Assembly (NCBI GenBank): GCA_963847705.1
Contig: CAWKBC010000010.1
Span: 32,001 to 96,000, forward strand
DNA: 64,000 nt
Direction of reading: 5' to 3'
Source: an uncultured Pseudomonadota bacterium
GTDB lineage: Bacteria; Myxococcota_A; Polyangia; Fen-1088
In this document: positions 22,134 through 32,243 of the stretch, one piece after another
How the letters are laid out: each line of letters starts with the position of its first letter
Position numbering within the stretch: position 1 is the stretch's first letter
The notes under the pieces: generated by a model
Database searches by the model: none
The model's input: the letters and a program-made list of their open reading frames with translations, nothing else
Told to the model about the DNA's origin: nothing
Position numbers and translations under genes: made by a program

Positions 22134-22244
22134 GCAAGCGGCATGCGCACAACCTCCGGCATCTCCATGGGAATATCTGCCAGCGCGCACGAGCTTCTTC
22201 TGCGGCTGAGCGGCCGTGTCGCGCGGGCAGCACCGGCGAGGCGG

Positions 22245-23945
22245 CTACCCGCCCATGGCCCGCGCCGGGGGCGCCACGGCCTTCGGGGCCAGGCCCGCCC
22301 GGTTCAGCGCGCTGACGCCGGCGGTGAGAAGCGCGGCATCCTCGCCGTCGGCCAGGCCCAGAGCGAACAGGGCCGGGGCGCCGGCCAGGCGAACCTCCAC
22401 GATCGCGGCATGCGTCTGGGCGAGGCCGCGCACCGGCTGGACAACCGCCGTGACCAGCTCGACATCGGCCGCCGTCGCGGCGAACAGCGCCGCCAGCGCG
22501 TCGGCCCCCGCGGCCCGCAGCGCCTGCGTCACCCCGCCGGCGGCCAGATGGACCTCCAGGCTCACCCCCTGCGACGGACCGGCAGGCGTCACCCCATGCG
22601 CCATCAGCCGGAGCGGCTGGTCGCTCCGGTAGACGCCCTCCAACAGCGCGAACAGGTCGCGCGCGCTCAGCTCGCCACCGATCGTATCGGCTCGCTCTTG
22701 AACGACGCGCGCGAATTCGATCTGCAGGCGGCGCGGCAGCTCCAGGCCGTACTCCGCGCCGAGCAGGAAGGCGATGCCTCCCTTGCCCGACTGTCCGTTG
22801 ACCCGGACGACGGCGTCGTAGCTGCGACCGACATCCGCGGGGTCGAGCGGCAGGTAGGGGACGTCCCAGAGGGTGCTGCCCTCGGGATCGGCCGCGCGCG
22901 CCCCGAACACCTTCTTGATCGCGTCCTGGTGCGAGCCCGAAAACGAGGTGTAGACCAGGTCGCCGGCGTACGGGTGCCGCGGGTGCACCGGCAGCTGCGT
23001 GCAGTGCTCGGCGACGGAGCGGACGCCGTCGATGTCGGAGAAATCCAGCCCGGGATCGACGCCCTGCGAATAGAGGTTCAGCGCCAGGGTGACCAGATCG
23101 ACGTTGCCGGTCCGCTCGCCGCTGCCAAACAGGCAGCCCTCGACGCGATCGGCGCCGGCCATCACCGCCAGCTCGGCGGCCGCCACGGCGGTGCCCCGGT
23201 CGTTGTGCGGGTGGACGCTCAACACGATGGAGTCGCGCCGCGCCAGATTGCGGTGCATCCACTCGATCTGATCGGCGTAGACGTTCGGCGTCGAGCGCTC
23301 GACCGTGGCGGGCAGGTTGACGATCGCCTTGCGCTGCGGGCTCGCCCCCCAGGTCTCCACGACCGCGTCGCAGATCTCCTTGGAGAAGTCCAGCTCGGTG
23401 GCGCTGAACGTCTCGGGTGAGTATTCGAAGCCCCAGGCGGTCTCGGCGTTCGCCGCCGCCAGGTCGCGAATCTGGGCGGTGGCGCGGGTGGCGATCTCCA
23501 GAACCCCGGCCCGGTCCTTCTGGAAGACCAGGCGGCGAAACAGGGGCGCCGTGGCGTTGTAGACGTGGACGACCGCCCGCCGCGCGCCGCGCAGCGAGGC
23601 GAACGTCCGGGCGATCAGCTCGGGGCGGGCCTGGGTCAGCACCTGGACGGTCACGTCGGCGGGGATCCGATCCTCGTCGATCAACCGGCGGACGAAATCG
23701 AACTCGACCTGCGAGGCGGCCGGGAATCCGATCTCGATCTCCTTGAACCCGATGCGGAGCAGGGTCTCGAACATGCGCAGCTTGCGCGGCTGGTCCATCG
23801 GCTCGATCAGCGCCTGGTTTCCATCGCGGAGATCCGTGCTGCACCAGAGCGGCGGTCGGCTGATGACCTGATTCGGCCAGCCACGATCCGGCAGCGCGAC
23901 CGGCGCAGCCGCCACGTACTTCGGCCCAGGCGTCTTTCTCGTCAT
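22245..23945 (-). CDS. leuA: 2-isopropylmalate synthase (LeuA type 2)
   Basis: [61 protein letters not shown]. Confidence 0.93.
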   Translation of the reverse strand: MTRKTPGPKYVAAAPVALPDRGWPNQVISRPPLWCSTDLRDGNQALIEPMDQPRKLRMFETLLRIGFKEIEIGFPAASQVEFDFVRRLIDEDRIPADVTVQVLTQARPELIARTFASLRGARRAVVHVYNATAPLFRRLVFQKDRAGVLEIATRATAQIRDLAAANAETAWGFEYSPETFSATELDFSKEICDAVVETWGASPQRKAIVNLPATVERSTPNVYADQIEWMHRNLARRDSIVLSVHPHNDRGTAVAAAELAVMAGADRVEGCLFGSGERTGNVDLVTLALNLYSQGVDPGLDFSDIDGVRSVAEHCTQLPVHPRHPYAGDLVYTSFSGSHQDAIKKVFGARAADPEGSTLWDVPYLPLDPADVGRSYDAVVRVNGQSGKGGIAFLLGAEYGLELPRRLQIEFARVVQERADTIGGELSARDLFALLEGVYRSDQPLRLMAHGVTPAGPSQGVSLEVHLAAGGVTQALRAAGADALAALFAATAADVELVTAVVQPVRGLAQTHAAIVEVRLAGAPALFALGLADGEDAALLTAGVSALNRAGLAPKAVAPPARAMGG

Positions 23946-23971
23946 CCCGGCAGAGTGGCGACACGGGGGCC

Positions 23972-24017
23972 ATTACGCAAATCAATAGTCCTTCTGGCCG
24001 CGATAAGCTCCATCAAT
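23972..24017. promoter_or_regulatory. Possible tandem LysR-type T-N11-A boxes upstream of leuA
   Basis: ATTACGCAAATCAAT (23972) and ATAAGCTCCATCAAT (24003) sit in an AT-rich patch. Confidence 0.3.
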
Positions 24018-24112
24018 GGCCGCGCGCGACGCCCGGGCCTCGTTGGACCCGGGCGCGGCGCCCACGGGCCTCCTCGGACGCAGCAGGACGGGTCACCGGG
24101 GCGCGGGGGCGC

Positions 24113-24847
24113 TCACCCGCGGGAGAAGCGCTGCCAGACGCCGTCCACCCGGCGTTCGTGCGGCATGAAGGCCAGCTTGTAGGCCATCGAGCGGTTCTCC
24201 CGGATGGCCAGCCCCAGGTAGAGCCAGTCGAGGTGCCAATCGCGCGCGAGCGCGACCTGGGTGAGGATCGAATACGTCCCCAGCGACAGCGCCGCGTAGG
24301 CCGGGTTCCAGAAGGTGTAGACGGCCGACAGGGAACGGGCGCCGCGATCGGTGACCGCCACGCCGCACAGCTGTCCCCCGACGAGGTACCGCACCTCGAA
24401 CCCCTCGACGCAGCTGTGGGCGAAGAAGCTCTCGTACTCGAGCGCCTCGATCGGCGGCCGCCCACCCTGGTCGAGCCCGCGCCCCTGCTCGTGCGCGCGA
24501 TAGAGCCAGAGGCGCAGATCGTCGACGACGATCGGTCCGAGCTCGACCGTGACGGCGACGTCCCCCTTGGCCTGCGCCCGCCCCTGGGAGCGCGACGGAG
24601 CGAACGCCTGCACGTCGACGCGGATGGCCTGGCAGGCCGTGCAGCTGGGGCAGGTCTGATTGTAGAGCAGAGACCCCGCGCGCCGGTCGCCCGCCGCGAG
24701 CCGCGTGTCGAACTCGGCGGCGGTCAGCCGGCGGATCGGCTGGCGCAGGGGCTGCCGCGCCCGACGCCCGGGCAGGTAGACACAGTCGTCCTCTTCGTCA
24801 CGAACGACGATCTCCGGCGGCGTGGTGGCCAGCAAACGCCCCGACAC
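24113..24847 (-). CDS. bpt: Arginyl-tRNA-protein transferase family (Bpt/Ate)
   Basis: CVYLPG, CxxCxAC, LSAVYTFW, LSLGTYSIL, LYLGLAI...MAYK. Start uncertain. Confidence 0.85.
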   Translation of the reverse strand: MSGRLLATTPPEIVVRDEEDDCVYLPGRRARQPLRQPIRRLTAAEFDTRLAAGDRRAGSLLYNQTCPSCTACQAIRVDVQAFAPSRSQGRAQAKGDVAVTVELGPIVVDDLRLWLYRAHEQGRGLDQGGRPPIEALEYESFFAHSCVEGFEVRYLVGGQLCGVAVTDRGARSLSAVYTFWNPAYAALSLGTYSILTQVALARDWHLDWLYLGLAIRENRSMAYKLAFMPHERRVDGVWQRFSRG

Positions 24848-25006
24848 CCCCTCAGCATGGATCCGAAACGCCCGGGCACCAACACGATCGCCGCCGTGGT
24901 GGTCGCGACGGGACCGCGGAGGATCCCCTTCGCCAGGGTTCCCGAGCCCGAGCCCGCGCTGCTGGCGGACCAGGTTGCCAGCAGCATCCACCAGTCGGAC
25001 GAGGGC

Positions 25007-26497
25007 CTAGCCGTTTTGGCCCTTGCGCCGCGCCGCCACCGCCTCGGTCAAGCGGCGTCCATACTCGGCGTCGGCCTGGCGGAAATGGTCGATCGAGCGC
25101 TCGACGACATCCGGACGGCTGACCGCGGCCAGCCCTCCGGCGATGTTGTCGATGAGGCGCGCGCGTGCGTCCTCCTTCATCAGGCGATAGAGCGCGCCGG
25201 CCTGGCGGAAGTCGTCGTCCCCGGCGTGCTTGACCAACCCCCGCGGGCCGACCGAGCCCGAGACGTCGTACCCGAGGTCGTAGCCAGCTCCCGTCTGCGC
25301 CGGCCCCTCGTGGCTGTTGGGCTCGTAATTCTTGCTGCGCCCGCCGTTGTCGTCGAAGCGCATGGCGCCGTCGCGTCCGTAGTTGCGCGCGCCGCCCGCC
25401 ACGCCTCGGGGTGCGTTGACCGGCAAGCGCGTGTGATTCACCCCCAGCCGGTAGCGATGGGCGTCCCCGTAGCCGAAGAGGCGCGCCTGCAGCATCGGAT
25501 CGGGTGAGGGTCCCACGCCGGGGACGAAGTTCGACGGATCGAAGGCCGCCTGCTCCACCTCGCCGAAGTAGTTCTCGGGGAGGCGATCGAGGACCAGCTT
25601 GCCGATGGTGATGAGCGGGTAGTCCTGGTAGAGCCAGACCTTGGTCAGGTCGAACGGGTTGAACCGGTAGGAGGCGGCGTCCTTCTCGGGCATCACCTGC
25701 ACCTTGATGGTCCACGACGGGAAATTTCCACGCGAGATTGCGTCGTAGAGGTCTTTGTGGATGAAGGCCGGATCCCGACCGCCGATCTGCGCGGCCTCGG
25801 CGCTGGTCAAGCAGCGGATCTTCTGGTCGGTCTTGAAGTGGAACTTGACCCAGAACCGCTGCCCCTCCGCGTTCACCCACTGGAAGGTGTGCGAGCCAAA
25901 GCCGTCCATCTCGCGGTACGACGCCGGGATGCCGCGATCGCCGAACAGCCAGGTGAACTGGTGCGTCGCCTCCGGTGAGTGCGAGAAGAAGTCCCAGATG
26001 TTGTCGGGCTCCTGGCGGTTGGTGAAGGGGTCGTACTTCTGCGAGTGGATGAAGTCGGGGAACTTGATCCCGTCGCGGATGAAGAAGATCGGCGTGTTGT
26101 TGCCCACCAGATCCCAGTTGCCGTCCTCACTGTAGACCTTGAGCGCGAAGCCGCGCGGATCGCGGGCGGTGTCGGGCGCACCCTTCGACCCGGCCACGGT
26201 GGAGAAGCGCAGGTAGGCCGGGGTGCGCTTGCCGGGCGCGGAGAAGATCTTCATCTTGGTCCAGCGGGCGGTCTCGGGGTTGGTCGCCTCCAGATACCCG
26301 TGGGCGCCCGAGCCGACAGCGTGCACCACCCGTTCGGGGATCCGCTCGCGGTTGAAGCGGGCCAGCTTCTCCAGGAGGTGATGGTCCTGCAACAGCGTCG
26401 GACCGCCGGGGCCCGCCAGCTGGGAGTGTTGGTTGTCGGCGACCGGCGCGCCGGCCTCTGTGGTGAGCGTGTTCGTCGTCGCGGTCTTTTCGTTCAT
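25007..26497 (-). CDS. katA: Monofunctional heme catalase
   Basis: RFNRERIPERVVHAVG, RDPRGFA, VGNNTPIFFIRD, QARLFGYGDAHRYRLG. Confidence 0.97.
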   Translation of the reverse strand: MNEKTATTNTLTTEAGAPVADNQHSQLAGPGGPTLLQDHHLLEKLARFNRERIPERVVHAVGSGAHGYLEATNPETARWTKMKIFSAPGKRTPAYLRFSTVAGSKGAPDTARDPRGFALKVYSEDGNWDLVGNNTPIFFIRDGIKFPDFIHSQKYDPFTNRQEPDNIWDFFSHSPEATHQFTWLFGDRGIPASYREMDGFGSHTFQWVNAEGQRFWVKFHFKTDQKIRCLTSAEAAQIGGRDPAFIHKDLYDAISRGNFPSWTIKVQVMPEKDAASYRFNPFDLTKVWLYQDYPLITIGKLVLDRLPENYFGEVEQAAFDPSNFVPGVGPSPDPMLQARLFGYGDAHRYRLGVNHTRLPVNAPRGVAGGARNYGRDGAMRFDDNGGRSKNYEPNSHEGPAQTGAGYDLGYDVSGSVGPRGLVKHAGDDDFRQAGALYRLMKEDARARLIDNIAGGLAAVSRPDVVERSIDHFRQADAEYGRRLTEAVAARRKGQNG

Positions 26498-26569
26498 CGC
26501 TGTCCTCCTCGAGGATCCGACGATGAGCTTCTCCGCATGAGTGGTCCAAGATATCGTTTACATCGACGT

Positions 26570-26586
26570 GATAGCTATGCGCTATC
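26570..26586. promoter_or_regulatory. OxyR-type box upstream of catalase
   Basis: GATAG-ctatgcg-CTATC matches the ATAG-N7-CTAT half of the OxyR consensus, about 75 bp upstream of katA. Confidence 0.5.
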
Positions 26587-26610
26587 CATCGAGCCCCGGC
26601 CCTGACCGCC

Positions 26611-27171
26611 TCAGTGAACGACGACCACAGTGCGACGAGAGGCGCGCCGGGCGGCGCCGGCGTACGAAACGGGGGTCAACGGCATCCCGACCACATCGAT
26701 GAAGAGAGACACCGCGTCCGCGTTGTCGGGCAGCTTCCCCTGAAGCACGCGCACGTCGTAGGTCATCTGCTCGCCGTTCAACGCGGGATTCTTCAGCTCG
26801 ACCACCACGTTGCCCACCTTGCCCTCGGGCGTGAAGGTCGACAGCGTGGCGTTGGGAGGATCTTTCAGGAAGCTGTCCTTGCCCTCTGACCACAGAGGGA
26901 TCATCTCGTGGGTCGCGATGTGCCCCGCGACCCGCGTCGGCCGGTCCGAGAAGAAGACCGTCAGCGGGCTGACCCCCTTCATGGTGAGCTTCCCGTTGAC
27001 CAGGGTGGCCCCCCTGGCTGTCTGAACGAACAGCATCGGGACCTTCTTGTCCTTGTCGGGAGTGGACAGAGTGGAATCGGCGGCGAGTCCGATGCGCGCG
27101 ATCTGCACCCCGACCAGAGCCGAAACCGCCAGGAACCCGACGAAGGCCGACAGAGGTCGTTTGCGCGTCAT
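26611..27171 (-). CDS. Exported hypothetical protein (FSDRP...DPPNA type)
   Basis: Signal peptide; LFVQTA, FFSDRPTRVAG, DSFLKDPPNATL; C-terminal PLTPVSYAGAARRASRR. Confidence 0.7.
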   Translation of the reverse strand: MTRKRPLSAFVGFLAVSALVGVQIARIGLAADSTLSTPDKDKKVPMLFVQTARGATLVNGKLTMKGVSPLTVFFSDRPTRVAGHIATHEMIPLWSEGKDSFLKDPPNATLSTFTPEGKVGNVVVELKNPALNGEQMTYDVRVLQGKLPDNADAVSLFIDVVGMPLTPVSYAGAARRASRRTVVVVH

Positions 27172-27365
27172 GGGCTGGATGGTGGCGCCGCTCCGTGAGC
27201 GCACAAGGGCGAAGGCCGTGCGGTTCAGGCAAGGCCCGAGGTGCCTGACCGACCGCAATCAGCGAATCCCCGACTTGTCGAGGAGCGCGTCACTCACCAC
27301 CGTGTTGCGACGACGAACGGACGCCGGGAAACCCGGCTCGCGGGCGCACGAAAAGGAGAACTGGC

Positions 27366-29762
27366 ATGGCCAAGGACTTCGATCGCACCAAGCTGCCCAT
27401 CAATGATCCCAGGTTCGCGGGCAAGCGAAACCGGACGCTCGCGGGGTCGAAGCCCGATTGGGCGCTGGCGCAATCGGTGCGGCCCCCCGAGGGCGCACCG
27501 AACGTGCTCCTCGTGCTGATCGACGACGCCGGGTTCGGCAACGCATCGGCCTTCGGAGGACCGATCGCCACCCCAAACCTCACCCGCCTGGCGGAGAGTG
27601 GACTCAAGTACAACCACTTTCACGTGACCGCCCTCTGCTCCCCCACGCGCGCGGCGTTGCTGACGGGGCGCAACCACCACGCGGTCGGCTTCGGCTCGAT
27701 CGGCGAGCTGCCGGGACCGTTCCCCGGCTACTCGGCCGCTCGCCCGCTGTCCTGCGCCCCGTTCACGCAGATCCTGCAGATGAATGGCTACTGCACCTCG
27801 GCGTTCGGCAAGTGGCACATGACGCCCGACCACCAGCAGGGGCCGGCCGGTCCCTTCGATCGCTGGCCCAACGCCTGGGGCTTCGACTACTTCTGGGGCT
27901 TCCTGGGCGGCGAATCCGGTCAGTACGATCCGCTGCTCACCGAGAACAACACCACGATCGGCGTGCCCGACCAGAAGGACCATTACTTCCCCGACGCCAT
28001 GGCCGACAAGGCGATCGACTGGCTGCACGGGGTTCGCGCGCAGGATCCCGAAAAGCCGTTCTTCATGTACTTCTCCACCGGCGCCAGCCACGCGCCGCAC
28101 CAGGTCCCCGCCGAATGGAGCGCCAAGTACCAGGGCAAGTTCGACGGAGGCTGGGACAAATATCGCGAGGAGACCTTCGCCCGTCAGAAGCGCCTGGGCG
28201 TCATCCCCCCGGAGGCGAAGCTCACGCCCCGGCCCGACGCCCTGCCGGCCTGGGAGAGCCTCTCCGCTGATCTGAAGAAGCTCTACGCCCGTCAGATGGA
28301 GGTCTACGCCGGCTACCAGGAGAACGCCGACCACAACGTCGGGCGCCTGGTGGACGCCATCGACGCCATGGGCGAGCGCGACAACACGGTCGTCATCTAC
28401 ATCTGGGGCGACAACGGCGCCAGCCTGGAAGGGACGCTCACCGGCTCGTTCAACGAGCTCACCATGCAGAACGGAATTCCGCTCACCGGCGCCGAGCAGG
28501 TGCAGCTCGTCGAGCACTACGGCGGCGCCGAGGCCTGGGGGAGCGCGCTGCTGGCGCCGCACTACTCGGCGGCCTGGGCCTGGGCTGGCAACTGCCCCTT
28601 CCAGTGGGGGAAGCAGGTGGCCTCCCACCTCGGCGGCACGCGCAACGGAATGGTCGTGGCGTGGCCGGATCGGATCAAGGACGCCGGCGGGTTGCGCCAG
28701 CAGTTCACCCACGTCATCGACATCGGCCCCACCATCCTCGAGCTGGTCGGGCTGCCGGTGGCGACCGAGGTCAACGGCATCAAGCAGGAGCCGATGCACG
28801 GCACCAGCTTCCTCTACACCTTCGACGACAAGGAGGCGGCCGAGCGCCACACCCAGCAGTACTTCGAGATCTACGGCAACCGCGCCATGTACAAGGACGG
28901 CTGGTGGGCGGCGTGCAAGCTCGCGCGCATCCCCTGGGACGCCACGCCGGCCACCATCGCCAAGTTCGCGCCCGAGGTCTACGATCCCGAGAAGGATGTC
29001 TGGGAGCTGTACCACCTGCCGGACGACTTCTCGCAGGCCAACGATCTGGCGGCCCAGAATCCCAAGCAGCTCAAGGAGCTGAAGGAGCTGTTCTGGAAGG
29101 AGGCCGACAAGTACAACGTCACGCCGCTGCTCGCGGGCTTCTCATTTTATTTCGGCATCGTCCCGCCGCTGGGAAAGCAGACCAAGTTCACCTACCACGG
29201 CAAGGTCGAGAACATCGCCTCCGGCATGATCCCGCGCATCTTCAATCACTCCTACACGATCAGCGCCGATCTGGAGATCCCCCACGACGGCGTCGAGGGG
29301 GTGATCGTGGCCGAGGCCGATCACCTGGGCGGCTTCTCGCTCTTCGTCCAGGACGGAAAGCTCAAGCACACCTACAGCATGATGGGCATCCACGTTTACA
29401 AACAGGAGGCCACCGCGCCGCTGCCGAGCGGGCGGGTCAACGTACGCTTGGAGTTCGCCGCCGACGCGGCAAAGATGGGGACGGGCGGCGACGTCTCGCT
29501 CTACGTCAACGAGCACAAGGTCGGCGGGGGGCGAATGGAGCACACGGTTCCGTTCCGGTTCTCGGGCTACGCGGGGATGGACATCGGCCGCGACAACGGC
29601 TTGCCGGTCGACCGCAGCTATGCCGACAGGTCGCCCTTCGCGTTCACCGGGCAGATCCACCAGGTCTCCTTCGACCTGCAGCCCCACCTGGCGGCCGAGG
29701 ACGAGGACGCGATGCACGAAGCGCATCATCACGGCCTGGTGGCGCAGGGCCTGAGGGGCTAG
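27366..29762 (+). CDS. Cys-type arylsulfatase
   Basis: SD AAGGAG; PNVLLVLIDDAG, CSPTRAALLTGRNH (CxPxR), GKWH, GDNGAS; C-terminal LamG-like extension. Confidence 0.95.
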   Translation: MAKDFDRTKLPINDPRFAGKRNRTLAGSKPDWALAQSVRPPEGAPNVLLVLIDDAGFGNASAFGGPIATPNLTRLAESGLKYNHFHVTALCSPTRAALLTGRNHHAVGFGSIGELPGPFPGYSAARPLSCAPFTQILQMNGYCTSAFGKWHMTPDHQQGPAGPFDRWPNAWGFDYFWGFLGGESGQYDPLLTENNTTIGVPDQKDHYFPDAMADKAIDWLHGVRAQDPEKPFFMYFSTGASHAPHQVPAEWSAKYQGKFDGGWDKYREETFARQKRLGVIPPEAKLTPRPDALPAWESLSADLKKLYARQMEVYAGYQENADHNVGRLVDAIDAMGERDNTVVIYIWGDNGASLEGTLTGSFNELTMQNGIPLTGAEQVQLVEHYGGAEAWGSALLAPHYSAAWAWAGNCPFQWGKQVASHLGGTRNGMVVAWPDRIKDAGGLRQQFTHVIDIGPTILELVGLPVATEVNGIKQEPMHGTSFLYTFDDKEAAERHTQQYFEIYGNRAMYKDGWWAACKLARIPWDATPATIAKFAPEVYDPEKDVWELYHLPDDFSQANDLAAQNPKQLKELKELFWKEADKYNVTPLLAGFSFYFGIVPPLGKQTKFTYHGKVENIASGMIPRIFNHSYTISADLEIPHDGVEGVIVAEADHLGGFSLFVQDGKLKHTYSMMGIHVYKQEATAPLPSGRVNVRLEFAADAAKMGTGGDVSLYVNEHKVGGGRMEHTVPFRFSGYAGMDIGRDNGLPVDRSYADRSPFAFTGQIHQVSFDLQPHLAAEDEDAMHEAHHHGLVAQGLRG

Positions 29763-29840
29763 GTCCGGGAGCCGCACTGCGGGCCGACAGGGCCGTCGAG
29801 CCCCCATCTTTCACGAACCTCCCGGTGATACAATGGCGGC

Positions 29841-31961
29841 GTGAAAGACATAGCTTGCGCGCGCGTTGCGTCTCGGGCGCTGTTCTTCTCCTTGGCCTTC
29901 GCCTCGTTGGCCCTGGCGGCCGGGTGCGGCTCCGGCGCGGGCTCCACCGGCAGCCCAGGATCGGGCGGTGGCAGCGGCGCGCCAGGAAGCGGCGGCGCGC
30001 CGGGGAGCGGCGGCGCGCCCGGAAGCGGCGGCGCGGGCACCGGTGGCGCGTCGGGCACCGGTGGGAGCTCCGGCGGAGGAACCGGCGGGACCATCGTCGC
30101 GACGCAGACCTTGAGCCCCAACATCGTGGTCGATCAGTTCGGCTACCGGCCCACGGACGAAAAGATCGCGGTCGTCCGCAACCCGCAAAAGGGATTCGAT
30201 GCGCCCGGCACCTTCACGCCGGGCACCAAGTACGCGCTCGTCGACGCGCACAGCGGCGCGAAGCTGCTGGAGGCGGCGCCGGCCCAGTGGAACGGCGGGA
30301 TGACCGACAGCTCCTCGGGCGACAAGGCCTGGTGGTTCGACTTCTCCACCGTCACCACCGCCGGTGACTACTTCGTCCTCGATGAGACGCAAAACGTCCG
30401 CTCGGACGTCTTCAGCATCTCGGGCAGCGTCTACCGGGACGTGCTGACGCAGGCCACGCGCATGCTCTTCTATCAGCGAGATGGGTTCGCCAAGGCCGCG
30501 CAGTACGCAGGCGCCGCCTGGGCCGACGGCGCCGCCCACACCGGCAAGTGCTACCTCTACAGCGATACGACCATGACGTTGAACCTGGATCTGCACGGCG
30601 GCTGGTGGGACGCCGGTGACTTCAACAAGTACACCAACTGGGGCGCCAGCGACGTCATCGAGCTGATGCACGCCTACGCCGAGACGCCGGCCGCCTTCTC
30701 CGACGCCACCAACATCCCCGAGTCGGGCAACGGCGTCGCCGATCTGCTCGACGAGGTGAAGTGGGAGCTCGACTGGCTGGGCCGCATGCAACAGAGCGAC
30801 GGCTCGGTGCTCAGCATCGTCGGCGAGGCAGCCGCCGAGGCACCCGCCTTCGGCGGCTCGCCCAACACCGCGCCCTCGACGGTGACCGACCCCTGCGCGT
30901 ACGGCCCGGCCTCGACGTCGGCCTCCCTCACCGCCGCCGCCGCTTACGCCTACGGTGCGGTGGTGTTCGGCGCGGCCCCCGGCGCCAGCACCGCCTACCC
31001 CGGCTACGCGGCCGCCCTCGCTCAGCAGGCGCAGAAGGCCTGGACCTGGGCACAGGCGAACCCGGCGGTCTTCTTCTACAACGCGTCGGCGAGCCCCACC
31101 GTCGGCGCCGGCGAGCAGGAGGTTCCGAGCGCCGCCTCCGACCGCACCTATGCGCTCCTGGTGAAGCAGCTCCAGGCCGCGCTCTACCTCTTCGAAGCGA
31201 CCGGCACCACCAGCTACCGCGACTTCTTCGACGCCCACTATTCGGGGATCAACGTCGTCGCCACCGGCTACGCCGACGGCTCGCACGGCGAGGAGCAGGA
31301 GACGCTGCTGGCCTATACGCAGGCGCCCAACGCGACTGCCTCGGTCATCTCCAAGATCAAGAGCGCCTACCTGGGCGCGGCGCAGACCAGCGCCAACCTG
31401 GGCGCCATCACCAGCAACCCCGATCCGTACCTGGCTTACCTCTCGGAGGGCTACTGGTGGGGGATCAACCAGATCAAGAGCGACCAGGGGAACCTGCTCT
31501 ACGACGTGGTCACCTTCGCGCTCGATGCGTCGAGCAGCGCCACCGCCGCCAGGGGCGCCGAGCGCTACGTCCACTGGCTGCACGGCGTGAACCCGTTGCA
31601 GCTGGTCTATCTGTCGAACATGGGGAGCTACGGCGCGCAAAAGTCGGTGACCCGCTTCTTCCACTCCTGGTACGCCAAGGGCTCGAACTGGGACGCCGCC
31701 GGCGTCTCGGAGTACGGGCCGCCCCCCGGCTACCTGACCGGCGGCCCCAACCCCAGTTACACCTGGGACAGCTGCTGCCCGAACAATTGCAGCGGCTACT
31801 CCTGCGGAGCGGCGCAGGCCTCGCCGCCCGCCGGGCAACCTGACCAGAAGTCGTACCTCGATTTCAACGACGGCTGGCCGCTCGACTCCTGGTCCGTCAC
31901 CGAGCCCGACGACGGCTATCAGGCCAAGTACATCCGCCTGCTCTCGAAGTTCGTGAACTGA
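29841..31961 (+). CDS. GH9 glycoside hydrolase lipoprotein with N-terminal Ig-like domain
   Basis: Lipobox LAAG-C, GSGGAP linker, VDQFGY, GGWWDAGDFNKY, DLLDEVKWELDWL, LHGVNP, GYLTGGPN and a C-terminal catalytic Glu (VTEP). Confidence 0.88.
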   Translation: MKDIACARVASRALFFSLAFASLALAAGCGSGAGSTGSPGSGGGSGAPGSGGAPGSGGAPGSGGAGTGGASGTGGSSGGGTGGTIVATQTLSPNIVVDQFGYRPTDEKIAVVRNPQKGFDAPGTFTPGTKYALVDAHSGAKLLEAAPAQWNGGMTDSSSGDKAWWFDFSTVTTAGDYFVLDETQNVRSDVFSISGSVYRDVLTQATRMLFYQRDGFAKAAQYAGAAWADGAAHTGKCYLYSDTTMTLNLDLHGGWWDAGDFNKYTNWGASDVIELMHAYAETPAAFSDATNIPESGNGVADLLDEVKWELDWLGRMQQSDGSVLSIVGEAAAEAPAFGGSPNTAPSTVTDPCAYGPASTSASLTAAAAYAYGAVVFGAAPGASTAYPGYAAALAQQAQKAWTWAQANPAVFFYNASASPTVGAGEQEVPSAASDRTYALLVKQLQAALYLFEATGTTSYRDFFDAHYSGINVVATGYADGSHGEEQETLLAYTQAPNATASVISKIKSAYLGAAQTSANLGAITSNPDPYLAYLSEGYWWGINQIKSDQGNLLYDVVTFALDASSSATAARGAERYVHWLHGVNPLQLVYLSNMGSYGAQKSVTRFFHSWYAKGSNWDAAGVSEYGPPPGYLTGGPNPSYTWDSCCPNNCSGYSCGAAQASPPAGQPDQKSYLDFNDGWPLDSWSVTEPDDGYQAKYIRLLSKFVN

Positions 31962-32037
31962 GCGCGCCAGCTCAGCGGCTGAGCAGCCGGCCCCCAGGGC
32001 ATCAAGCACCGCTGGATTCCGGATCTAGATTGTCGAT

Positions 32038-32238
32038 ATGAGCGTGATGCTGGAATTTACCGATGATGAGCTGCGCGAGCTGACGCTCGCGCTCGAGGAG
32101 CAGCGACACGGCCTGATGATCGAGCTGACCAGCGCAGACGCCCGTGAGTTCAAGGAGCGTCTGCGGATGCAGCTGGAGAAGGTCGAGACGCTCGCGGCGC
32201 GGATCGAGTCGACCGCCCTCCCCGCACCGATGAGCTGA
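32038..32238 (+). CDS. Small helical hypothetical protein
   Basis: 66 aa, amphipathic coiled-coil-like, normal codon usage, fills the gap between GH9 and the convergent kinase. Confidence 0.6.
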   Translation: MSVMLEFTDDELRELTLALEEQRHGLMIELTSADAREFKERLRMQLEKVETLAARIESTALPAPMS

Positions 32239-32243
32239 CTGAC

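Noticed and set aside
23946-24112. Leu attenuator leader for leuA
   Set aside because: No short ORF with clustered Leu codons was seen. The GC hairpin at 24030-24055 fits better as the end of the bpt transcript.
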